A stretch of 64,000 nucleotides of DNA from Candidatus Aminicenantes bacterium (GTDB taxonomy: Bacteria > Acidobacteriota > Aminicenantia > Aminicenantales > JAFGBC01). The translations under genes were made by a program, and so were the position numbers. Positions 27,701 through 34,686 of this stretch are shown here, piece by piece. The stretch lies in contig OY969696.1 of assembly GCA_963702005.1 (NCBI GenBank), positions 2,624,001-2,688,000 of the forward strand, in the 5' to 3' direction. The notes under the pieces were generated by a model. That model ran no database searches. It had not been told where the DNA came from and was given only the letters and a program-made list of their open reading frames with translations. Numbering within the stretch: position 1 is the first letter of the stretch; each line of letters opens with the position of its first letter.

Positions 27701-29956
27701 ATGGGCAAGAAAAGGCGCTCCCGCCGCCGCGGACACAAGCGGACCGACCGCGGCCCCGCTCCGCAGGCCGGCGCCGTCGGCTCCCCTCCGAGCGCGCCGG
27801 GACGCGCCCAAGAGCGTCACCCGGAACGCCGGTCCCGGAAGCCTTGGCTGCTGATCGCGGCGGCCCTGGTCGTCGTCATTTCTGCAGGATTATTTGTCCT
27901 CTGGGGGCCGCGCCGCCGGAGCCGGGTCCCGAGGGACGGCCGGATGAACGTCCTGCTGATCACGCTGGATACGACCCGGGCCGATCGTCTGGGCTGCTAC
28001 GGCTACGGCAAAGCCCGAACGCCCGCCATCGACGGGCTGGCCCGCCGAGGGGTCCGTTTCGAGAACGTCTACGCCCCGGCCCCGCTGACCTTGCCCTCCC
28101 ATTGTTCGATCATGACCGGCGTCACGCCCGTCCTGCACGGCGTTCACAACAACGGCAGCTACGAGCTCGGCCCGGAGCAGGTGACGATCGCCGAGATCCT
28201 GAAGGGGGCGGGCTTCAAGACGGCCGCCTTCATCGCCTCGTTCTCGGTCGATTCCCGGTTCGGGCTCGGCCAGGGCTTCGACGTCTACGACGACAATTTC
28301 CAGACCGGGCTGCCGTTCAAGCCGTTGAATTCGGAGCGGAAGGCCGAGTCGGTCGCCGCCCTTTCCAGCCGCTGGCTGGATAAGAACGCCGACTCGCAGT
28401 TTTTCGCTTGGGTCCATTTCTATGACCCCCATCTCCCGTATCAGCCGCCCTCGCCCTACAAGGAAGAATTCGCCGCCGAACCTTACGACGGGGAGGTCGC
28501 CTACATGGATTTCTACGTCGGCAAGGTCATCGATAAGCTCGGGGAGAAAGGCGTGCTGGGCCGGACCCTGGTCATTCTGGCGGGCGACCACGGCGAAGCC
28601 TTCGGGGAGAAGGTCGAGACGGGGCACGGCGTCTTCCTCTACGACAATACGGTGCGGGTGCCCCTTATTTTCTTTGCCGAGAATAAGTACCAGCAGGGTT
28701 CCGTCATCCGGTCCCGGGTCAGGCTGATCGACGTCATGCCCTCGATCCTGGACGCATTGGGCCTGCCCGCGGCGTCCCGCAGCCAGGGAACCAGCCTGAT
28801 CCCTTATATCGAAGGACGAAGAAAAGACGACCTGGACGTCTATCTCGAAAGCTTCTATCCGCGCGAGAATTACGGCTGGTCGGAACTGGTCGGGCTGGTC
28901 CGGGGCGATTGGAAATTCATCCGCGCTCCCAAGCCGGAGCTCTACAACCTGATCAACGACCCCGGCGAGAATCGGAACATGGTTGCTTCGGCCGCCCGGA
29001 CGGCCGGAGACATGAACGTCCGTCTCGAGGCGCTGATCAAGGAAGGGGCCGGCCTTTCGGGGGCGCAGCCGCGGACGCCGACCGCCGAGGTCCAAGAACG
29101 GCTGCGCTCCTTAGGCTACACGAGCTTCGCGGGCGGAGGGACGCGCTCCAGTTATCCCGACCCCAAGGACAAGATCGATGTCCTGCGGCTGACTCAACAG
29201 GCCGAAGGGTTCGAATTTCAGGGGCGCTATACCGAGGCGGCCGCCGTTTACGAACAGCTCCTCGGGCTGATCCCAGACGCGCCCTCCAGCTACGTCAACC
29301 TGGCCTTGAGCCAGGCGCGGCAGAAGGAATTCGACGAAGCCGTTCAAACGCTTAAACTGGGGGTCGAAAGAATTCCCCATTCCGAAATCCTGCTGGTCCG
29401 GCTCGGTCACACCTATCTCGTGACGGGGCGGCTCGAAGAAGCCTTGGCGACGATGGCCGAGGTTCTCAATATCAACCCCAAGAACGTGGATGCGCTGACC
29501 GTCTCGGCCGGGGTCCTGGATACGCTGCGCCGCAGGGACGAAGCTCGCGTGTATTATGAGAAGGCGATCGGCGTCGAACCCGAAAATCAATATCTGCGCA
29601 TGAGCTACGCCGCCAATCTGGCCTCGAGCGGCCTGCTCGACCGGGCGATCGAGGTCTATGAGAGCCTCGTCCGGGATTATCCCGACGTCCAGGCTTTGCG
29701 ACAATATCTCGGGATCGCCTATGGGATCGCCGGCCGATATGCCGAGTCGATCGGGAGCCTCAAAGAGGCCGTCTATTTGAAACCGACGCCGACCGCCTAT
29801 TACAACCTGGCGCTCGCCTGCAGTAAATCGGGGGATGTCGGCGAAGCCGTTCGCTACCTGAAATTGTATCTGGACGATCCCAGCGGCGAGCCCGAGCAGA
29901 GCATCCGGGCGGCCCAAGCCGAGCTCGCAAGATTGCAACATCTTCTAAATAAATAA
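27701..29956 (+). CDS. Membrane-anchored sulfatase-like (alkaline phosphatase superfamily) hydrolase/transferase with C-terminal TPRs
   Basis: Basic N-tail plus TM helix; LDTTRAD, PLTLPSH, HFYDPH, GDHGE and LRSLGY motifs; TPR array. Confidence 0.85.
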   Translation: MGKKRRSRRRGHKRTDRGPAPQAGAVGSPPSAPGRAQERHPERRSRKPWLLIAAALVVVISAGLFVLWGPRRRSRVPRDGRMNVLLITLDTTRADRLGCYGYGKARTPAIDGLARRGVRFENVYAPAPLTLPSHCSIMTGVTPVLHGVHNNGSYELGPEQVTIAEILKGAGFKTAAFIASFSVDSRFGLGQGFDVYDDNFQTGLPFKPLNSERKAESVAALSSRWLDKNADSQFFAWVHFYDPHLPYQPPSPYKEEFAAEPYDGEVAYMDFYVGKVIDKLGEKGVLGRTLVILAGDHGEAFGEKVETGHGVFLYDNTVRVPLIFFAENKYQQGSVIRSRVRLIDVMPSILDALGLPAASRSQGTSLIPYIEGRRKDDLDVYLESFYPRENYGWSELVGLVRGDWKFIRAPKPELYNLINDPGENRNMVASAARTAGDMNVRLEALIKEGAGLSGAQPRTPTAEVQERLRSLGYTSFAGGGTRSSYPDPKDKIDVLRLTQQAEGFEFQGRYTEAAAVYEQLLGLIPDAPSSYVNLALSQARQKEFDEAVQTLKLGVERIPHSEILLVRLGHTYLVTGRLEEALATMAEVLNINPKNVDALTVSAGVLDTLRRRDEARVYYEKAIGVEPENQYLRMSYAANLASSGLLDRAIEVYESLVRDYPDVQALRQYLGIAYGIAGRYAESIGSLKEAVYLKPTPTAYYNLALACSKSGDVGEAVRYLKLYLDDPSGEPEQSIRAAQAELARLQHLLNK

Positions 29957-30068
29957 GTCAAATCATCGACTCCCCGGCCTGAAGGCTGGGGCTTGTTCAT
30001 GATTAACCCTGAGCCTCGCTCTCATCCCCGCCTTGAAAGGCGGGGCTTGGCGTCGGCGAACGGGTTAA
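29957..30068 (-). mobile_element. Non-autonomous IS200/IS605-like element (PATE), family 1, copy B (simplest complete form)
   Basis: Minus strand: TTAAC|CCGTTCGCCGACGC-CAAG-hairpin CCCCGCCT(TTCA)AGGCGGGG ... CAAG-hairpin CCCCAGCC(TTCA)GGCCGGGG-AGTCGATGAT-TTGAC. Confidence 0.8.
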
Positions 30069-30097
30069 CCCTGATTCCCGTGCGGAGCCATCCTCCC

Positions 30098-30219
30098 TCA
30101 ATCCCCTTCGCGGGAAAATCTTGTCGCTTTATCGTTGAGTAGCCGGGAGGGACCCGCTCCGGGGACTAGCAGGGCTTTGTCCCCTTCGCTGGATTCCACG
30201 GACTTTAATCCGTGAAGGT
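30098..30219. repeat. Dispersed repeat family 2, copy F
   Basis: 106 nt match 40252-40357 with 2 mismatches; terminal hairpin CACGGA...TCCGTG. Confidence 0.9.
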
Positions 30220-30256
30220 AAAAAAAACCCCGCCCCGCCAGAGGCGGGACGGGGCT
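30220..30256 (-). terminator. Rho-independent terminator of TonB-dependent receptor gene
   Basis: Minus strand CCCCGTCCCGCC-TCT-GGCGGGGCGGGG followed by T8. Confidence 0.85.
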
Positions 30257-30294
30257 TGTGCTTCTACTTCTGTGTGTGCTGCTTCTGCTCGAGC

Positions 30295-33200
30295 TTAGAA
30301 CGAGAACCGGGCGCCGACGCGAGCCGACCAGGTTCCGAACTGCCAGGTCGGTTGCTTGAAGGCGGCGTTGGGCCAGTAGTTGGCGACTTGGGACTGCCAG
30401 TCGTACGTCTTGGAGAGGATCTGGTCGTCGGAGATGGGCATGTTGATCCTGTTGACGGCGGTATCGTACCACTGCCACGTCTTGGAGTTGGTGACGTTGC
30501 TGACCTGGAGGTTGAAGTTGAGGGAATTCTTGCCCAGGTTCAAGGTGTACTCCATGAAAAGGTCGGCCCAAGCCGTCCAGGGCATCCGGCCGAGGTCGCC
30601 GCGGTTGTTCGGGAACATGCCGACGTTGTTGGCGTTCAAAATGGTGGTCAGCGGCATGCCGCTTCTTGCATAGCCGACGACGCCGAGGGTCAGCCCGAAC
30701 GGGAAGGAGTAGGAGCCGTAGGCCTTGATGTAGTGGGTTCTGTCCTGAGGCAGCGGACCGTCCAAGACGTTGCCCTTCATGTCATAGGTTATGAACCACA
30801 GGTCGAAATAGCGCTCGACGTTCGGGGAGTTCCGGTTGACTTCGTCGGTCGAGGAGAGGCCGCCGTAGTTGCCCGCGGTGCGGCTCAAGGTGTAGTTGAT
30901 GCCGCCCTGCCAGTTGTTGCTGAACCGCTTCTCGAGAGACAGGTTTAAGCCGTAGTACTCTCGGGTGGCCTTGGGAGTCTCCCAGTACTTGTCCAGGAAC
31001 TTGCCGCCGTTCGATTCGTGCAGCGACCAGCCAAATCCGGGGTTGGTGAAGTAGTAGAATTCGCCCGCGGGGGTCAGGACGCCCGTGTCCTCGATCGTCC
31101 GGATGAGATGCTTCTGGACCAGCCGCGCCGATAGGGACACATTCTCGGCAAGCTTGTACTCGGCGCCCATGGAGAGTTCTCTTTGAGCGACGGGCTTCAG
31201 GTTCGGGTCGCACGAGTCCCAGGCGACGGCGCGCCAATCCATGGTGCCGACGTACCGTCCGCCCGCGGCCTGGCTGGCCGCGTCGTCGAGCTTGCCGCTG
31301 GCGGCGATCAGCAGAAAGTCGGGGTTGTTCAGTTCGTAGTAGTCGGTCTTCCACTTGAACCCGCCGAAGGCGCCTTCGGCCATGTAGAGCTTCATGACGT
31401 CGTAGTAGATTCCGAAGCTGCCGAAGATCTTCAGGCTGGAATCGCCGAATACGTCATAGACAACGCCCAGGCGGGGAGCCAGCTTCTTGTCGAAACCGAA
31501 CTTGATCGGCTTTTGGGAGGCACCCGTGGCGCTCATATCCGTCGTGAAGGCGGGGATGTACTCGCTCTCGGTCCGCAGGCCGGCGTTTACGGTCAACTTG
31601 TTGCCGATCGTCCAGGAATCCTGGAGGTAAATGGACCAGCTGTCTCTGTGGACTTTCCAGGCGTAGCCGTAGGGCGAGGTGAAGGAGCTGCGGATCTCGT
31701 AGTGGCCGTAAGTGCCCATGACGGGTTCGCCGCTGGCCAGGCCGTAATAGCCGTGGCCCCAGTGGATGTTGACGTGCGGGGAAGGAGCGGCGTTGAAGAC
31801 GTCCTCGGCGTCGCGGATCCACTGCACGCCCGTCTTCAAGGCATGATCGCCGGCAAGAGAGGCATAATAGGAGAGGTCGAAGTTGCCGGAGTACTTCTCC
31901 AGTTTGTAGTGGTCCGTCACCAGCCAGGCGCCGCCGTAGTTGGCGGTGCCGGCATAGCCGAGAAGCTCGGGGTGCTGAACGAAGAACGGATCGCTCGCAT
32001 ACTGGTAGTTGCTGTAGTTGAAGTACCAGGTCGTGAAGTTGTTGGCAATCTGCTGGTTCGTTGTGTTCGTCATGTGGTAGCCGCCGCGCAGGCTCAGCAG
32101 CAGGGAGTTGCTGACGCTGTAATCCAGCAGGAAGGCGCCGCTCCAGTTGGGCCAGTCGTAGCCTTCTTTGTTCCAAAGGTAGGTGGCGTTGCCGGTACCG
32201 GCGAGGCTCGGCATCGGATCCGCGCCTCTGCGCTTGGAGAAGTTGTCGACGAAGCTGACGCTCAAGCGCATGCCGGCCAGCGGGGCCGCCGTTAACTTGG
32301 CCTGGCCGTTCCAAACGTAAATATTCCTCGTGAATGTGTGAGTCGGGTTGCCGGCCTCGCTCAGGAAGTATCTGTCGAACTTCTGGTTGCTGTACTGGGG
32401 GTTGAAGGAGCCGAAGAACCACAGCTTGTCCCTGAGGATGTAGCCGCCCAGGTTGAAGACGCCCTCCATGCGATAATAGTCATCCCGATTCTTGCCGCCG
32501 TTGAAATAGAGGTCGTCGTCGTTGACGTACTCCCACTTCTCGTCGTCGTAGGGATTCCAGCGGCCGTAGTCGCGGGCCTTGCCCTGCATCATGCGGCCGT
32601 TGTTTTCGTAGTAGCCGATGACGTCGCCGTGGAAGCTGTTGCCGCCCGAGCGGGTGATGACGTTGACGACGCCGCCCATCGAGCCGCCGAACTCGGCGTT
32701 ATAGCCGGAAGCCGTAACCTTGACTTCCTCGATGATCTCCATGACCGTGCTCTGGGCCCGGGTTCCGAGGTGCGGCTGGGTGATGTCGGCGCCGTCCATG
32801 TACCACATATTCTCGGTACCGGTGGCTCCGTCGACCAGCAGGCCGCCTCCGACGTTGTCATACTGAACGCCGGGGACGGTGCTCAGCAGCCCGTCGAAGT
32901 TCCGGCTCTTGGGAAGCTTCATGAACACTTCCCGGGTCATGGTCATGCCCTTGACGGTGCTCTTAACGTCGATGAGCGGGCTCATCCCGATGACCGTCAC
33001 CGTCTCTTCGAGGGTGGAAGGCTCCATCGTGACGTTGAGGGTCACGGTCTGAGACAGCTGGAGGACGACCTCTTTCCGGGACAGGGTTTTGAAGCCCTGG
33101 AGCGCGAAGGTCAGCTCGTACAGCCCGGAGGGCAGCTGGAACAGACGGAACGTTCCGGTTTGATCGGTGACGGTGGACGCCTTTCCGACCAGTTTGGGGC

Positions 33201-33348
33201 TTAGCGCGTCAACCGTGACGCCCGGAAGCGCATTGCCCTGGTCGTCGGTGACTTTGCCGACGAACTTGCCTTCGGGCGTCATCTGGGCAAAAGCGATCCC
33301 GGCGGCCAGGAATAGCGCAAGCAATGTGAACGTCGTTAATTTACGCAT
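30295..33348 (-). CDS. Oar-like TonB-dependent outer-membrane receptor with N-terminal carboxypeptidase-regulatory-like domain
   Basis: Signal peptide, GKVTDDQGNALPGVTV, plug motif SGYNAEFGGSMGGVVNVITRSG, YLQDSW..LTVNAGLR, APRLGVVYD and C-terminal RVGARFSF. Confidence 0.92.
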   Translation of the reverse strand: MRKLTTFTLLALFLAAGIAFAQMTPEGKFVGKVTDDQGNALPGVTVDALSPKLVGKASTVTDQTGTFRLFQLPSGLYELTFALQGFKTLSRKEVVLQLSQTVTLNVTMEPSTLEETVTVIGMSPLIDVKSTVKGMTMTREVFMKLPKSRNFDGLLSTVPGVQYDNVGGGLLVDGATGTENMWYMDGADITQPHLGTRAQSTVMEIIEEVKVTASGYNAEFGGSMGGVVNVITRSGGNSFHGDVIGYYENNGRMMQGKARDYGRWNPYDDEKWEYVNDDDLYFNGGKNRDDYYRMEGVFNLGGYILRDKLWFFGSFNPQYSNQKFDRYFLSEAGNPTHTFTRNIYVWNGQAKLTAAPLAGMRLSVSFVDNFSKRRGADPMPSLAGTGNATYLWNKEGYDWPNWSGAFLLDYSVSNSLLLSLRGGYHMTNTTNQQIANNFTTWYFNYSNYQYASDPFFVQHPELLGYAGTANYGGAWLVTDHYKLEKYSGNFDLSYYASLAGDHALKTGVQWIRDAEDVFNAAPSPHVNIHWGHGYYGLASGEPVMGTYGHYEIRSSFTSPYGYAWKVHRDSWSIYLQDSWTIGNKLTVNAGLRTESEYIPAFTTDMSATGASQKPIKFGFDKKLAPRLGVVYDVFGDSSLKIFGSFGIYYDVMKLYMAEGAFGGFKWKTDYYELNNPDFLLIAASGKLDDAASQAAGGRYVGTMDWRAVAWDSCDPNLKPVAQRELSMGAEYKLAENVSLSARLVQKHLIRTIEDTGVLTPAGEFYYFTNPGFGWSLHESNGGKFLDKYWETPKATREYYGLNLSLEKRFSNNWQGGINYTLSRTAGNYGGLSSTDEVNRNSPNVERYFDLWFITYDMKGNVLDGPLPQDRTHYIKAYGSYSFPFGLTLGVVGYARSGMPLTTILNANNVGMFPNNRGDLGRMPWTAWADLFMEYTLNLGKNSLNFNLQVSNVTNSKTWQWYDTAVNRINMPISDDQILSKTYDWQSQVANYWPNAAFKQPTWQFGTWSARVGARFSF

Positions 33349-33537
33349 TCTCTGGAAATTCTCCTTTTTTACCCTTCTCTTTCCTCGTCAAAGGATTGAG
33401 GGTAAAAGCCAAATCTTTCTCCCTTTGCCAGGAGCGGCGACAATGAGCCGCTCCAACCCTTTCCCTAAATACCTGAATTTACCCGGATTTACACCTCCTA
33501 TCCCATAGTTCATATCCATTTTTCTAAGATATATTAA

Positions 33538-33554
33538 AGCAAATTTTGTGCCAA
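33538..33554 (-). promoter_or_regulatory. sigma54 (-24/-12) promoter of TonB receptor
   Basis: TTGGCAC-AAAAT-TTGCT on the minus strand, a full match to TGGCAC-N5-TTGCW. Confidence 0.8.
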
Positions 33555-33579
33555 AAAAGAGAAAAGTTAATTTATATAT

Positions 33580-33592
33580 ATTCAACAGGTTA
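33580..33592 (+). promoter_or_regulatory. Putative IHF site upstream of sigma54 promoter
   Basis: ATTCAAcaggTTA, one mismatch to WATCAANNNNTTR, in an AT-rich tract at the usual position. Confidence 0.45.
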
Positions 33593-33667
33593 GTAATAAA
33601 ATCAGGCCCATGAAATACGAAATTATGTATTTAATCCAATTATTTGAATTGTCCTAAGTAAGTCGAT

Positions 33668-34321
33668 CTATTTCGTATCCTTGAGTTTCTTCAATTCATC
33701 GAGCTGCCGGCGGTATTGGTCCATCTTTAATATTCCGAAGGTCACCTCTTTATTCAGCGTTTCCAGGGCGCCGATATACCGGTTGCCTGAGAAAGCGGCC
33801 GGATCCAGCCGCCATTCGTTCGGCGGCTTGAAGGCGAAGGCGTATTGGACAAAATATTTATCATATGGATAGGTCCATATTTCAGCCGTGGTGGCCGAGA
33901 TGTCTTCGTCGGATCGATCGGTTCTGACATTCCCCCCGCTGACCCCCTGCTGGACGCTCATCGCCCAATTGTCCGTTTGTTTAGAATCGATCGAAACGGG
34001 CGAGCCGTTGAGGAGATAAATCCGAGCTCTGTCGCAATTCCAGGGCTGCTTGCTGTTGTCCCTTTTATAGGTCTTCATGATGTATTCGATCCGTTTGTCG
34101 AATTCCAGCTTCGACTCTAGGTCGCGGGCTTCCCAGAAGAACTTCTGGAATTCGAGCCGGGCCTGGGGCGACATGTCCTTATAGGCTTCCCGCTCGAAAT
34201 CTTGCATGATAAAATAGTGCTGGGCATACCAGGCGTCCTTGGAAGGCATCGTGTTGATGCCGCATGACGCGAAGGCGATCAGGATCGCCAAACCGCCGAG
34301 GGCCTTCAGGAAATTTTTCAT
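33668..34321 (-). CDS. Divergent GWxTD-domain lipoprotein
   Basis: Start MKNFLK after GGAGG; lipobox FASC; FFWEARD..EFDKRI..PWNCDRARIYLLNGSP..EIWTY. Confidence 0.75.
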   Translation of the reverse strand: MKNFLKALGGLAILIAFASCGINTMPSKDAWYAQHYFIMQDFEREAYKDMSPQARLEFQKFFWEARDLESKLEFDKRIEYIMKTYKRDNSKQPWNCDRARIYLLNGSPVSIDSKQTDNWAMSVQQGVSGGNVRTDRSDEDISATTAEIWTYPYDKYFVQYAFAFKPPNEWRLDPAAFSGNRYIGALETLNKEVTFGILKMDQYRRQLDELKKLKDTK

Positions 34322-34406
34322 GGCCGAGCTCCCTCCTTCATTCGAATTCACCCCATTTTGAACATTCATCTAACCCGTTCACACATAGCACATTCACGAC
34401 GGCCAA

Positions 34407-34590
34407 GTCAAATCATCGACACTCATGCTAAGCCGAAAACGGCTTAGTATGAGTACTGCAAGGCTGCTCCCCGGCAGAAGCTCCACCGACTAATGCTCAT
34501 TGGAGCGCCAGTACTCATGAACCGTTTCCGGTTCGTGAGTGCAGGAATGCCGCCTTTCAGGGCGGGGCTTGGCGTCGGCGAACGGGTCAA
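34407..34590 (-). mobile_element. Family 1 palindromic element, copy C (with nested hairpin modules)
   Basis: Same ends as copy B (GTCAAATCATCGAC ... GGCGGGGCTTGGCGTCGGCGAACGGGTCAA) plus two ACTCA..TGAGT hairpins and a GAAGCTCCA fragment. Confidence 0.8.
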
Positions 34591-34686
34591 CTCGGGAGCG
34601 GCGGTTTTCGTTTTGTTGTTGAGCAGCGACGGAGTTTTAGTGTATTATGAATCACCTTTGATCGACATGAACTTGGAGGCCTAGCC

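Noticed and set aside
29957-30068. Intact OMEGA (IscB/TnpB omega-RNA, HEARO) locus
   Set aside because: The GTCAA..CCCC-hairpin-GGGGCTTG start resembles such transposon ends, but the element is only ~110 nt and no nuclease or TnpA ORF is adjacent.
33388-33585. 65-aa ORF upstream of the TonB receptor
   Set aside because: It starts upstream of the sigma54 promoter, is AT-rich with atypical codon usage and has no RBS; better explained as promoter plus leader.
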